Counted from the stretch's first letter, positions 26,398-40,382 are shown. The stretch is 62,000 nt of DNA from Lama guanicoe (GCA_013239625.1 MU053379.1:4235229-4297228), one strand, 5' to 3'. Notes: generated by a model not told the origin, from the letters alone. Numbers and translations: made by a program.

Positions 26398-26535
26398 CGG
26401 GAAGGGTACAGCTCAGCGGTGGAGCACGTGCTTAGCATGCATGAGGTCCTGGGCTCCATCCCCAGTACCTCTGTTAAAATCGATCAGTCTGTCCCTCTAA
26501 TTACCTCCCCCACAAAAAAATTGAAAAAGAATAAA
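26398..26535 (+). mobile_element. tRNA-derived camelid SINE (Vic-1-like)
   Basis: GGGAAGGGTACAGCTCAGCGGTGGAGCACGTGCTTAGCATGCATGAGGTCCTGGG...TAATTACCTCCCC followed by an A tail. Confidence 0.85.
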
Positions 26536-26689
26536 ACCAGCCAATCCGTGTATATGGATGTCAGTGTCCAGATAACACTGACACGTGTGCATCAGACGTG
26601 CATTTAATCTTCCTCTCGTAGTAAATGATGCATCTAAGTGCAGGCTAACGAGTTAGAATGACTCAGGACCAAAAGCCCTTCCTGATCCA

Positions 26690-27140
26690 CCACCCAACAA
26701 ACATTTACTGAGCGCCTTCTGTGCCTGAGGCACCAGGGATGCCCTGAGGACCGTGACCCAGACCTTGTCCTTGGGGCTGTGCACACGCGCGAACTCCCCC
26801 AGTGCCTGGCACCCGGGAGGCCGGGTGAGAAGGGGGGGCCTGCTGGAGTGGTCCGGGGCGGGGGAGGGGGTGTTTCAGCTGCTGTGAGTGGGAGTCGGGG
26901 AAGAACACCCCATTTGGAAGGAACGATGTGAGCATGGATGTGGGGGGGTGGGTCGGGACATGTTCTGGGAACAGTAACTGGACAGTCGGGCAGGGATGTG
27001 GCCAGAGCCGGGGTGGTGGGACGTGGGGCTGGAAGGTCAGACCCAGGCTACGAGCTGCCTGGCCCGGAATCCCAGATTTCATTCAGTGGGGCACGGGGAG
27101 CGATTGAAGCTGTTGGGAACAGAGAAATCAAATGTCTACG
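26690..27140 (-). mobile_element. L2 LINE 3' fragment
   Basis: CAACAAACATTTACTGAGCGCCTTCTGTGCC terminus followed by a purine-rich L2-like body. Confidence 0.6.
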
Positions 27141-28837
27141 GTGGTGGATTAACCCACTAGAAACATCCCGGACGGGGAGTGATGCACCAGAGACAGGAAG
27201 ACAGCGCGCTCGGCACCGGGCAGCTGAGCAGAGGGCAGACTGGAGGCCGAGGAGGGAGAAGCTCAGGACTGGGCAGCGTTCCCTCTTCTCCCCTTTTCCA
27301 TCTAGAGGCAAATAAGATGCTCTCATGGAGCCGAGCGCCTTGCATCCAGCTGCCGCCTGCCGAGGTCAGGCGCGCGAAAAGCCGGAGCCTTTCCTGAGAT
27401 TGGCTGGGACGACCTTCACCGGTGCTGCCGGGGCAGATGGTTAGCGTGTTTATAAAAGGCCTCGCACTCAGACAGCGGCACCTGAGAATCAAGGCAGAAG
27501 TGTCGCTGCTGGTGGGAAATGCGTGGGTCAGCGGAGGACAGTCACCTTGCCGGTTGTCATCAGGGAGGCGCGGTGGAGGGTGGGGGTGGGGTCCCTGAAT
27601 CCACGCAGAAACATCCCTTCCTCCACGGACGGGAGTTCCGTGGCACGGAGACTGTCCTTCGGTCCCGTGTTCCTGAAAGATGACTGTCCTTCGGGAGGGA
27701 CAGAAGCTGAGGTGTCCGGGACTGGGGGCGGGGTGAGGCCTTTGACGTGCTCTCGGCCACACTAGCCCTCGAGATGAACCTCTGGGCCACACCCACCCCT
27801 TCAGACAGGGCCTCCCACAGCCTCCCTCACTGTCCTGGAGTCCTCTGGTCCTTACATTCGGGGATGCTAACGCCTGCCGTTGGCTCGTGGGGCTCAGGCT
27901 GAGCAGAGCAGCTCGTCATTATCCAGGGGCCGGCTCTGCACCTCGCGTGAGCCTCAGGAGACACGTGTCGGGAGCATCTGGGAAAAAAGCTGCTTTGCTC
28001 TTCTGAGAAGCCGTCTCCACCCTCCCTCCTGGATGTGATGGAAGAAATGTCATCGTGAGGGTTTCTGGGAGCCCTCGGGGGCAGCCCTGTATGAAGCTGT
28101 CCGTGCAGCGTAAGATGAGAGAAGCAGAATAAACCGGGGCCACGTTGTCCTCACCGGACCCTGCATCACACGAACTGGAAGCTTCCCTGCCTCTGGGCCC
28201 CCAGGGGTGTGATCCCTGCAGCCCGATCCGGTGTGAGCCAGCAGGGTCCTACTTGAGGGTGGCCCTTCCCGGGAAAGGCCCAGTTAGGCTCAGCTTCAGC
28301 AAAGTAGAGCCTTCTTGGCAGAAAGAGTGGCGTTTGCTGGGTTTGCATGATTCAAAGACCTCGCAGCCCAGCGGACCTCACAGATGCTGGTAAATTTCCC
28401 TCAGACCCTTGTCAAGTAAAAATGCCTGTTTCCAACGTGCAGAACGTCTCTCTCCACACAGTCCGGGAGCCCGACGCCAAGGCGGCGTTTCTCTTCTAAA
28501 AGCACCTCCACCAGGACTGCAGCAGTGATAAGGATGATAAGGACGGCTGAAAAGCGAAGGTCCCCAGACTCTGAGGACTGGGATTTGCACTTGCAAAATG
28601 ATTTGCAATGAGACCTGCCAGGTAGCACTTCACGGAAATCAAGCAGTGGGTTTTGAGCACCTAGGTCATTCTTCTCCCCAGCATCCAAATCTGTAGCAAG
28701 ATCGACTTGCTAGCTGTCTGGGCTCAGAATCTCAGAATCGCACTCCTTCACGTGCTGAGTAATCGTGACAAATGCTTTGCCACTGGGATGCGGCCCTATT
28801 GAACCGACTTACCTTGATTCCCTAAAGGAATCGGGCT

Positions 28838-28867
28838 TTTTTGTTTTGTTTTGTTTTGTTTTGTTTG
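28838..28867. repeat. (TTTTG)n microsatellite
   Basis: Read directly. Confidence 0.9.
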
Positions 28868-31800
28868 TCCCAGAAGCTCCTCGATCCAGTTGTTCTGTCC
28901 TGCGGCCCCTCCTGGAGTTGCCAGAGCCGGCTCCTCCGCCCTGAACAAGTCTGAACCCACGGCCCTGGATTTGGGCTGGTCTGAAATGGCAGTGTTTTCC
29001 CACCCGTTTCTTCATTCAGGATTTCTCTCCTTCAAAGGATGCCTGTGTTTCTGCCTCCCTCCCCGGCTTGTGTGAATCTAAAATGAATCTGAACTAAAAG
29101 CACTTGTTGAGTGGTTATGCTCCCGACTGTAATTTGGAGTCGAGGTATGAATATTTTATACTCAAAGAGTCACTGAAGATTTGTAGGAGGTTTTTTTAAA
29201 AAAAATAAATGAATACACTCATTTTTGTTGGCACGGGTAGACTATAGCTGGGGGAAAACAAAAATCCAGGACAAGCCTTCAGTCATTAGGCTCTAAAAAC
29301 CGAACCTGGATCTGTGTCTGGGGCGACCAGCAGTAAGTGCGGTGAGAACACAGTGTCCTTGGGAGGAGAGAAATCCCAGGGTGAAGGCGAGCCGGAGAGG
29401 AAACAAACACAAAAGCCACCCACACACTTCAAGCTCGTTTTGAACCCGCCCAGGTCCCCAAGGTGCCTTCCCAGAAGGCCCTCTCCATGCCCTGGCAGGA
29501 ACGAGGTGTCGGGCAGGGGAGCCGGCATTCAGATGCCTGTGGCTTCCTTTCGCTGCAAAAATAGACTTAGAAAATAACCCAGCCTTTGGCCAAGTCTCTT
29601 CCAAGGCGGGGAGCCCCGACAGCCCCGTGCGTCTGGCCGCTGCCGCCCCGGGCTTTGTGAGTTCGCGGGCTGCTCGAGGCTGTTGAACACAGTTGAAACA
29701 GAATATTAATGCCTGTTAACGGAGCCTGTGAGGTTCATTCTCTTAATAACATCTATTGGTTCACAGGGAGCGTCCTGTTAGGAAATACTCTTTAGCTCTA
29801 AAGGGCTCGAAAGTACAGAGAGAGTGTTTGGGCTCTTTTGACCTTCCAACACGACCGCATTAAGAATGACGATTACCCACGAGACAAGCCTCCTCGCCGG
29901 AGACGTCTGGAGAAGGGCCGGCGTCAGCAGCCGTTTCTGACGCTCAGCGAGGGCTCAGAGCGCGTCTCCCTTGTGCCTGGGGTGTCGTGCTGCCCTGAGC
30001 CAAGAACGTGGCGGTCTTGGGGGAAGGACAGTTCTGCACTTTGATGGGGCAGCCACCAGGACCACGGCCGTTTGTGGGGTGCTGGGTGCACAGCCCTTGA
30101 GCAAGTCTTCTTCGGTGGAAGCATTTCTCTCGTCTCTCCCTCCGGCCCCAACGATGGACGTCTAACCTCTATCCTGGGTCCAGGATCTTGGATCTTTTAA
30201 GCAGCTCCAACCTGCGAGGAGCTGAGTTGGCAAAGGTTCAAGCGTATGCACCATTAGAAAAAGAAACAACTGGGTACCTGTTTGATCGACCACATCGGGA
30301 CAGGGCCTCAAATGTGTCAACATGCAGCGTTGCCCGAAGTACGGCTTGAAAGGCACCTTCTTCAGTCGGGTGTGAGAGTGCAGTGGGGGCAGCTCTGAGG
30401 ACAGGTGGGCAGCACCTCCTACCCCACAGTGGCTTCTAGTCATTCACCCTCCAGCCGTGACGCTGAGCAGGGATCTACCTGCTGCATTTGCTTCGACAGC
30501 AGCGACGTCCGTGCCGGCCCGCAGGGGCCTGCTCGTGTGAGCTGGGCTGCAGCCTGGGGCTGGTGGTGGCGAGAGGAACAGTGCTGACGTGCTCGACGGG
30601 CCGGGCGCTCGGCGGTGGGCTCTGTCTGCGGCAGCATCTCCTTCCAGGCGCCCCGCAGCCCGTCAAGCACGGGAGGTACGGTTTATCCCCGGTCCTCCCT
30701 TCTGAAAACAGCCCCCTGGCCCAGCATCAGTGGGGTCCCTAAGCGGCTTGTTAGGAAACTGTCAACGGAAATAACGTTAGCGGCGTTCTCGCACGAGGAA
30801 GGAGCCTTCATGGACACGGCTTCACGGCGACCGGACTGAAACCGCGCAGCGCTGTGTGCGCGGTCTGAGCTGACCTCGCTCACGCGCGGCCACGGTGCTG
30901 GCAAGTCCCTCTTGTCAGCTTTTAGGAAATGGGCTTCTAATATTTGATTTTCCACAGTGTTTATTCAAAATTTAATTTTCCCATTAAAATTTGCATTATG
31001 TGAGTCATTAAGGCTACATCTTTCTCATTACTGTAGCCAGAAGACACGTTCAAACAAAGGCATTTCGGCGGGCTTGGGGCTCACTGGGAGCCCACGCCTG
31101 CGAGCCTTCCTCACGCTGGTCGGCGTCTGCACCCTTGGTCGGGGGCGGCCTCTCCCCTACGGGCAGGAATGGGCGGTTTACACCCAATTTCAAGGCCTGC
31201 TTTTCTGTTACATCCTTTCCCTGGCCCCCTCTCCGGGGTCTGTCTCTGAAAACCAGTGGTCTCTCTCAGCACCTGTGTCCTTGCTCTGGACAGTGGGCCG
31301 GGGGGTAAGAGCAGAGACAGTGGGGGTGACAGCCAGAGAAGTCCTTCTAATGAAGAGGAGAGTGTCCCTGCCCGAAGAGACTTGCCCCGAAGTGTCAGGG
31401 CACAGGGACACTGGGCACACAGCCAGGAGGTTTCTGCCGCTGGACTGGGACGTGCCAGACGGTCCTATAGGTGGGTGTTCAGACTCCGGCTCAGGTGACC
31501 CTAACCTGAGGCACCCTCACGGGTGGGGAGGGGTCTTGGAGGCAGTGAGTGATGCGGCAGGACTCTGGAGTGGGGCCAGGCAGGCTCGCACTTCTGGGCC
31601 CTGAACACAGCTGCTGTGAATCCCCATTTCCTTGTCTGTGAACTGGAAGTGAAGTGTGTGGCGTCTTCACGAGGTTTTTGGAGGTTTAATGCTCGGCGAG
31701 CACGTCCACACTGAACGCCGCTCGCCGACGCAGAGGAGGCAGCGACGTCGTGGCTTCACGTGGCCCCCGTCCTCCCCCCAGTTTCTAACGTGGAACCCCT

Positions 31801-33169
31801 TCCGGTGACTCGAGTGAAGCTGGAGTTCCGGTGCTGAGGAAAGTGGGGTGCTGCCCGTGTGTAGGCAACCCCAGCGTCTCCTCAACATGCAGAACAAGAG
31901 AGGTGAAGAATCAGAGTGGGGGGAAGACGAAACCAGAGCAGAGAGCTGGGTCCTCGTGCCGGGATTGTCCCTCGCTCTCCTGCTCTGCCCGACCCACACC
32001 CAGCCATCCTTCCTCCTCAAGGCTCATTTGTGTTAAACGTCACCCCCATCCGTGCTCAGACTCTTACCCTTGCTTTGCCCAATTCCCCACACCCCCCACA
32101 TGCACCAGCAAGGCCTGCCGGCCCACCCCTGGAGCCCCCCTCCACCCCCCCGCTACGGCCCTCAGCGTCCAAACCGCACCACCTCCTTGTTGTGTCCGCC
32201 TTGGGGCCGCTTCAGCGCCTGCCAAGTGGGCTGTCTCCCCCCACGCTTGGCCCCGGCCCGCGGCAGGCGGGGAGTCCTTTCGATGTGAGAATCTGCTCTC
32301 CTGCTTCCCGCCCCGGAGGCCCTCCAGCAACTGCCCGTGGACGCAGGATAAAACCTCTGCAGAAATGTAGACGGACTGCGGGCCTCAGCCCCTAACTTAC
32401 AAGGGGCGACACTCAGGATGTAAATAAAAGTGCAAAAGAGTTCAAGGACACAGCGGTCTCTCGCCGTCAGAGGAAGAGAAGGGCAGGACCGCACACTCCC
32501 TTTAAGCCCGCGCGAGGGAGCCGCGGACACGCCGCGAAGGCAGGGGCAGCACGCACTCTGGCCGTCGGGACGCTTCCGGCGCGGCTCCCGGCGCGTTGGC
32601 TGGTGATGCCCTGGACAAACAGGGGGCCCCCTTGTCCCAGTGGGAGGCGGGAGCCCCCTCGGCGTGGTTTAGGGCTCTGCGTCCACATCGCTCAGCATTT
32701 TCTTCCCAACAGCAGCACAGCTACAGGGGCCCAGACCTCACGTTGCCCCACAACAGTCAGAGGCGGGGACAGAGGGCAGCGCAGGGCAGGCCTGACCATC
32801 CTCTTGTGACGGAGCATCACTGCTTCCCAGAATTTCCCCAGCCGAGCCCAGACTTGACCCAAAGCTTCCTCGGCCAGGACTGTGTCATCAAACCACTCCA
32901 GCCCACTGGTCTGGATCTGGCCTGAGATGGGGCATCTCTGTTTCAGGACATGAATAAGGTTGAGGTTTTGTAAGAAATCCAACGAAAAGGAGGGTATTGC
33001 CCAAATGGGTGGGCAGCCGCCAGGTCTGCCCAGCGAACCCGAGCAAGAGATGATGAGTCCAGTTTGGAAGAAGCGCCATCCAAACAGAAGGAAACTCCCC
33101 ACAAGAAATGAATGCTTCATGTGACAGGGGGCTCACTGAGAGCACAAACGGGACAAAGAAAAAGAAACA

Positions 33170-33410
33170 GGCCGTCACCAAATGCAGTGTGGGATTGGCT
33201 CCTAGACCAGGTAACGGACGGTAGTGAGAAAAAAATGGCGAGATTGGAGGCTTAGCTGGTCATGTTGTGTTAACATTAATTTTGTGATTTTGATCATTGG
33301 GCTGTGATTATGTACGACAGTCACACCTGAGGAAGCAGAGCACAGGGTCTGCGGAAACTCTTCGTACCCCTTTCAAAATGAATATTGGAAAATAAAACAA
33401 TTTCAAAGCC
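33170..33410 (+). mobile_element. L1MC-type 3' fragment
   Basis: AAATGCAGTGTGGGAT...TTAATTTTGTGATTTTGATCATTG..TGTGATTATGTA...GAAACTCT..AATAAAA. Confidence 0.65.
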
Positions 33411-33567
33411 AAGGAAATAATAGTATGAGATGGAGAGGTGCTGGCTTATTTGTTTCAGCTAACATAAATTGATTAAATGCTATTCATAACTTACAAACAA
33501 AACAGCACTGACAAAGAATGAAGCTAACAGGGCTGAACCTGTATGAGGGAAAACAGGGAAAAGTGCT

Positions 33568-34275
33568 GCCCTGCTGGGGGGTTGCAGGCTGGTGCAGCCG
33601 CTGTGGAAAACAGCACGGAGATTCCTCAAAAGACTAGGAGTAGACTTACCGTATGACCCAGGAATCCCACTCCTGGGCTTATATCCAGAAGGAACCTTAC
33701 TTCAAAAAGACACCTGCACCCCAGTGTTCATAGCACCACTATGTACAATAGCCAAGACATGGAGACAGCCTAAATGTCCATCAACAGATGGCTGGATAAA
33801 GAAGTTGTGGAATGGAATACTATTCAGCCATAAAAAAGAATAAAATAATGTTACTTGCAGCAACATGGGTGGACCTGGAGAATGTCATTCTAGGTGAAGT
33901 AAGCCAGAAAGAAAAAGAAAAATACCTTATGAGAATTTGGGGACTCAAAAAAAAAAAAAGAACATAAAATACAAAACAGAAACAGACTCATAGACATAGA
34001 GTACAAAATTGTGGTTGCCAAGGGGGAGGGGGGTGGGAAGGGACAGACTGGGAATTCAAAATTCTTAGATACTGACAGGCATATGTAGAATAGATAAACA
34101 AGATTATACTGTGTAGCACAGGGAAATATATACAAGATCTTGTGGTAGCTCACAGTGAAAAAGAATGTGACAATGAACATATGTACGTTCATGTATAACT
34201 GAAAAAGTGTGCTCTGCACTGAAAATTGACACAACATTGTAAACTGACTATAACTCAATAAAATAAATATTTTTA
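33568..34275 (+). mobile_element. 5'-truncated L1 (ORF2 C-terminus plus 3' UTR) with 9-bp target-site duplication
   Basis: Encodes QPLWK...LPYDPGIPLLGLYP...TCTPVFIA..TIAKTW.QPKCPS (L1 ORF2 C-terminus); AATAAA tail; AAAAGTGCT at 33559-33567 and 34276-34284. Confidence 0.95.
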
Positions 34276-34984
34276 AAAAGTGCTTTTCTCACAATGAGCT
34301 AAAATGAGATAATTAGTGGAAATGTTTTAGACATTGAAGACAAAAACTTACGTATAAAAACTTTGTTTGCTAATTTCCTCATCTTTCAAAGCAGGAGTCA
34401 GATATTGCCCAGAGTTGAAATGTGATTACAAAAATAATTTCTATAATCTCATAAAGGTTTTTTCATTCATTTTATTTTAACTTTAGAAGACGTGTTTAGA
34501 AATGGGCACTTCTTGCAGTGGGAAAACATTATGTGAATTTTCACAATTTCCCACATTTTGCTTCGTATCCCCTTTTTCTTTGTTTCAAGTGAAAGTACTT
34601 TAATCCAATTAAAATGTCATAAATACTATAAGGCAATTTTTCCAAAGTCATCCGTTTCTCTCTGGATGGCAATCTATCTTTCTTTCTGTCTGCAGGCCTG
34701 TTTGTCTATCTGTCTGTTTGCCCATCCATCCATCTTGCTGCCAGTCCTCCTGTCTGTCTGTCTGCAGAGATGGATGCTTGGGCTGGTGTTTACCAACCGT
34801 AGCCCTGCTGGTTAGAGATGGGGATTTCTCTTACTTTCTTTGTGCTGCTCTGAATTGTAAAAATGCAGAAATTTTAAAGTGATCATGGGTTTTGTTCCTT
34901 AAAAAAAGCTTAAAAGGACAGATGATTTTAAAAAACAGAACAAGTTACATAGTCTGAGATGTGATAAACGCCACTCCTGGGTGT

Positions 34985-35165
34985 CGCACGTTCCTCCACG
35001 AACAGAACAGCAGACTTTGTACAGCGGTGGTTCCACTGTCCTCTACCTGGAACGCCTTCTTTTCACTTCCCTCTTGTCCTGCCTCATTCTTTCCTCTGCT
35101 GAGCTTCCCTCCTTCTAGACCCAGTTCAAACAAGGATCTGTCTCTGCATCTCCCTCTCACCTTCT
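34985..35165 (+). mobile_element. L2 fragment
   Basis: TCCTCTACCTGGAACGCCTTCT...CCTTCTAGACCCAGTTCAAA resembles the L2 3' region. Confidence 0.5.
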
Positions 35166-36544
35166 GTGACATTTCACGTTATTAACCATCGTAAGTGGTC
35201 GGAGTGGAACCAGGGTTCGTAACCCGTCTTCCCATCTGAGACCCGTTCGGGCAGGAGCCGGGCTCGTGCTTGCGATCTCCACGCTGGTCACAGAGCTTTG
35301 TGCGCCCTGTAAGCTCCAGAACTGACGGTCCCGGACTCGAACAGGGGATCAGAAGGCAGGGGAATGTCACCAAGGAGAAAAGATCGCGCCAAACGAGTCT
35401 GAACTGACACGCTGATCTATACAGACACTTGGAGTTGCTGGGATGCTGGTGACGTGCATTCACCCAGAGGGCGATTAGACAGAAGAAGTCCACAGACGCC
35501 CCCAGACCCAAAAAGGGGTGCACACAGGTGCCAGCACAGCAGGCGTGCATCAAATATCAGTCTATTTTCCCACGTCTGTGGAAAAGCCTTGCATGGAGGT
35601 ACGGTGTGCTAGTCCGTGAGAAACATGGGAACCCCTGCTAGACAGACCGACACTCACGCCTCGACCTGTCTGGCGTTCACGAGCAGTGTTCGCGGGGCAG
35701 AGGCTGCAGCGAGATGGGCTCCACCCCAGTCCCCTCACTTCTAGGCAGGCTGTCCTCCCCCGTACAAGGGAGACACCCTGGCAAGACTCGCCTTCCAGGC
35801 TTGCGGTGAGGACAAAACTGAGGTAACAGCCGAGAGGCAATGACTCTAGGTCTGCACGAAGTGACGGCTGCGTAAGGAAAATCCCAGCCCAGTGATTCAT
35901 GTCATTGACCGGCTCTTTGTTGCCCCACCATTTCCTTCGCTTTAGGTTAAAGGCACGAAGCCTTGTGCACCTCTGCTTCCTCAGAGGTGAGCTTGGGAGC
36001 ACGACGTGGCCTGCAGGTATCGGACGCCCGTGTACACGAACGACTCGTACCAGGAAGCTGAGACCGGCTCCCGGGCGGCGGGGCGGACCCTCCTCCCTGC
36101 GGGCTCTGTGTCCTTATCTCTCCAAGCACCAAGGAGCCGGCCTTCCTTCACAGGGCTGCCTCTTGGTGGGGCTCCTAGCTGGCGATAACGCGCTAGGCAA
36201 ACACAGGGTGCTGAATGGTATCTGGTGGGGAGTTCGAACCAGAGGTGAGGCGTTGATAAGGAGGAGGACAGCGACGTACTTCTGACCCCCACCGTGGGCC
36301 CTTACGGACACAGTCCTTCCTGGATTTCATCACGCAGAGCCGGGTCCCCGTAAGGTTAGTCCCAGTAACAACCCGCATCTACTGACAGCTCGTTCTGCTC
36401 CAGATGGGGAACGCCTGGTGGGTTTGGCACCACAAGCAGGTCCTTTTTTCAAACAGCTCACATCTGACACACTTCTTTCCAGCATAATCTTGAAATAAAA
36501 CAAGTAATATAAGTGGTCGGAAAATAAACACAGGCATTGAAAAC

Positions 36545-36660
36545 TATTTTTTTTAATTGAAGCAGAATTGACTCACAACATTGTGTTCCTTTCAGGTGTG
36601 TGGCAAAGTGACTCAGTTCTGTACATGTATATTTTTTTTCCTTTTTCAGATTATCTCATT
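36545..36660 (-). mobile_element. Short L1 3' tail
   Basis: Poly-T then AATTGAAGCAGAATTGACTCACAACATTGTG...CAAAGTGACTCAGTT. Confidence 0.7.
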
Positions 36661-36773
36661 GAAAACTTTTTATTGAATTTTGTATGTATAATCAGGCTAG
36701 CAAAAATAACAATTCAGTGCAAAAAAGGGAAATGAGAAATGGATTAACACTTGTAATTATGTAAATGTGTTTC

Positions 36774-36860
36774 TGAATTGAAGTAGAGTCAGTTACAACG
36801 TGTCCATCTCTGGTGCACAGCAGCGTGTCCCAGTCATGCAGGTACATGTATATACATGAA
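36774..36860 (-). mobile_element. Short L1 3' tail (same family as 44880 and 46870)
   Basis: AATTGAAGTAGAGTCAGTTACAACGTGTC..TCTGGTGCACAGCA..GTCCCAGTCATGCA is near-identical to the tail at 46883-46950. Confidence 0.8.
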
Positions 36861-37454
36861 TGTGTTTTTAGGAAAAATTCAAACAAATTCTGCAAATTTC
36901 AGAGAATGGTTTGTGCACAAGTGAAAGTTAAGTCTAGTTCAGCTTTTTCAGCTTTACGTTCAGTTTATTATCATCCTGTCCCCTCCAGCCTATGGTTTAA
37001 ATGCAAGGGCCCGCGATTCCAGCTGCGCTTGAAGTGAGCCCCCCAAATTCTTTTTTCTTAAAGCCCAAACAATTCTGAACCCCAGCGATCCTTCTCCAGA
37101 AACCAGTGCGTGTGGCTGAGTCCATGTGTTTCCGGGGTCGACTGTGTAATTGGCGGACTGTATAATTGCCACATAAGAAATGTTTAATAAAGAATGGACA
37201 GTATGTTGTACATTGAAGCTTACACACGTGTGATACTGTTACAACTCAACATTAACCACAGCAATTGTTGAGAACTTTTTTTAGACCAGCAATATTTTTT
37301 TCAGGGAGGAGCATTTTATCCCAAACAGCGTACAGAATTGCCGACACACACAGTCATTTTAGGTGTTGTAGCTTCTCAAATTCTCTGCGGACCCCGAGCC
37401 CCTGATGGTTCACCCCTAGTCCAGGCATTGATCTCAGGGCACTGCCATCATTAG

Positions 37455-37570
37455 CTCATTTCATTCTCTTTGGACAGATGAGGCTCAGAGAGGGTGGTTC
37501 ACTTGTCCAAGGCCACACAGCCCAGGGCTGGTCAGCCGGGATTTGAATCCGGGCAGCCTCTTCTCTGAAA
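37455..37570 (-). mobile_element. MIR SINE
   Basis: ACAGATGAGGCTCAGAGAGG...ACTTGTCCAAGGCCACACAGC...GGATTTGAATCC. Confidence 0.8.
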
Positions 37571-39283
37571 GTGCACTTGTGCCCCGGGTGGCTGTGTGGT
37601 CTCCAAAAAGCCCACATCATGGTGACAAGGGAATAAGACAGGGTCACTGTCCGTGTAGCTTTTTTCTTCATCCCCTCCTGTTTTCTTTTTTAGCTCCGAA
37701 TGCATCTGGGGAAACACAAGCAATCTCATCTCCTGATCTGCAGAGCGCTATTGCAGGACTGAGACTCACAGCTGTCTCAATCCTTTCCTCTAAAAAATGT
37801 TTAAATAACTTTATTGTGGTACAGTTCCTTAGGTGTCAATCCCCACTTGAGAAGGTGCATTTCAGCAGAGCCCGGGTGGACAAGCCGCGTCAGCTGCTTC
37901 CTCTGTGAAGGCTACGAAGAACACAGGACACAGCGGGCACTAATAGAAAAGTTCCAGAAAGGCTTCCCAGGACAGCCTAGGCGATCTCACATAAATGGCT
38001 ACTTCTGACTCTGCGGAGTCTCTTGCAAGTAAGGGAAGCCATTGAGTTGTTCGAATGTTTTTGTTTTTACTCCTGTTACCTAGTCATTAAAATTTCCCCG
38101 GGAACCTCAGCCCAGCGGCACGCGGTCCTCCGGTCTGTCCATCACCACCCACGTCAACGTTCAGGAGCTATAAATTGGGGTGTTCAAAACATCGCTCTTT
38201 CCCTGACATAATCCCCAATGTATCCACCACCCAAATAGAATCACCTCCCTGTAATTTAGCACCATCTTGTTCACACACCTCAAACAAGCTTCTCCCAGGA
38301 AACGGTTCAAAAAAATTGTTTTTTAAAAATAGAGGGGCCAAGCTCAGTTTTGTCTAAATCTCTGTAAATCGTGACAGTGCTTGCCTGTTGGCCGGGTGTT
38401 CAGTCACCCTTTCTAGCTTAGAATTTAAGGGTCTGCGGGAGACCGTGTCTGCTGGTCGATCCTGTCACGTGCATAATACACCCGTGACTCGCAGGACAGG
38501 TCGGGCACGCAGAGCCTCACTCACACCGACGGAAAATCACTGGTGCTTGGGTGGACTTCGCTCTGCGCCGAACGATTCTGGTGCAAAACAAGTGTTTTAT
38601 TCAGTGACAAGCATTCAGCTCCCCGGCTCTGGAAGCAGCTGACAGTCAGTTTCGCTCCTCCGTTGCTGCCCTGGCCTCCGCGGACAGCCACCAAGTCACG
38701 GGCTTTTCAGCAAAGGGGACACATGGCACCAAGAGTCACTGGGGACGTGACCCTATCGCAGGGCGGGAGGGTGACCCCTCACGTCTGCTCCCCCCAAGGG
38801 CGGCCCCACCTCCAAGGCCAGAGCGAAAACAGGACGAGAGCTGCAGCCGCCCTCGGGGCTAGGGAACTGTTTACGCGTTAGAGTTTTGCAGTGAATGTCA
38901 GGTTCTGGCTTGAGTTGAAACCTGTGTGAGCCGGTAGCAGGGAGACAGGGCGGGGCGTAGGAAGACAGAGGCACACGGAGGAGCTGGAGTTCGTCCTGCA
39001 GTCTGACGAGCTCAGGCTTTTAAAGCCCCGAAGAGGTGAATTAAGGAGGGTGAGTGTGTGTGTGTGTGCGTGCGCGCGTGTGTCTGCCTGGATCTCACAG
39101 GAGCAGAAAACCAGGTTTTCTTTATTTCCACTGAAGACAAGACAATAAGGGACTGACAAGTCGTTTCTCAGAGGATTAGGGTTCACGGCAAGGGGTCGCC
39201 CTGGCAGTGGAGGGGGTGCAAACGCTGGGAGCGGTTGCCCAGGAGAGCTGGGGAATGTCTCTTCCGGGGCCGGCCCGGGGGTC

Positions 39284-39359
39284 GGGGGGGGGGGNNNNNN
39301 NNNNNNNNNNNNNNNNNNNNNNNNNNNNNNNNNNNNNNNNGGGGGGGGGGGGGGGGGGG
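39284..39359. other. Assembly gap 39295-39340 inside a poly-G run
   Basis: 46 N flanked by G homopolymers. Confidence 0.95.
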
Positions 39360-40382
39360 ACTCACCTCCGGATGATGGTTTTGGTGCAGTCTTGGCCTTG
39401 GGTGGACGGCAAAGCTTTCCATTTTCAAGACCCACCCCTCCTCGGGTTCCAGCCTCAAAGGCACAGCCGGCCTCTCGTGCCCAGCGAGGTCACGACAAGA
39501 CAGTGTCTGCCCTTCCAGGAGGCCTCCAGCTGCCGCTGAAATCCGGGTAGAGCTGAAGCCGCATTAAGTCCTACTGAAGGACGCCGGGTTTAGCCTCCAC
39601 CCAGGGTCACTCATCAAGAGGAGCACTGCACCCTGCGGAAGGCGCTCGTCACCCCGCCAGCACTCTGGGCCAGCGGGAACTATCACGGCAATGCCTGGAG
39701 TTTACTTAGAGCCCTGCGCCCTTTCAGGCGAGGTCAGAGCCAGCTGGGCGGTCAGCCAGCAACGTTTATGGACGTCTCCTTGTGGTGGGGCAGGGGGTTA
39801 AATCACCGTCAAGCCCGGAAGCCCCGTCCTCGCCGCACGCCCAGCGCACCCGGGGCCGCCTCGCCCTCTCTCGGGGCTTCAGTTGGCTCACGCGTCCTCG
39901 GGGTTGCAGCGAACGCCTCTCCCCGACACTTGTGGAGCTTCCCCTTCTGCGGACGCGCTGGACCTGACCAGCCGCGAGTCCTCTTCGGGGCTCCTGCTGC
40001 CTAAGCTGCCCACCGAGGTCAAAGCAGGGAGCGCAGGCTGCCCGGGGACGCAAGAGGGCAAACTGGAAAACATGTCCACTTGACGTTTTAACGCAAGAAA
40101 AGGAAGCGGCGGCTTTCCAAGAGCGAAGATTGTGCTCTAAAATTACAATGACCTTTAAACCCCCAAACGGGCAGTTGTCACAGGGTCCCCCCAGACAAAC
40201 AGAAGGGGGGTTCCTCTCAGAGTCTGCTCGTTTCCACGTGAGAAGTGACCTCAGGTTCACCTGCTGTCAGGCCGAGGCAGCGCAGACCCGGAGGACGGCC
40301 AGGCCTCTTCCTAATGCCTCTGATGAAACTCAAGGAAGAAAGTGAGGGACGTGTGACCGCCGATCCTTTATGGAAGGACATA

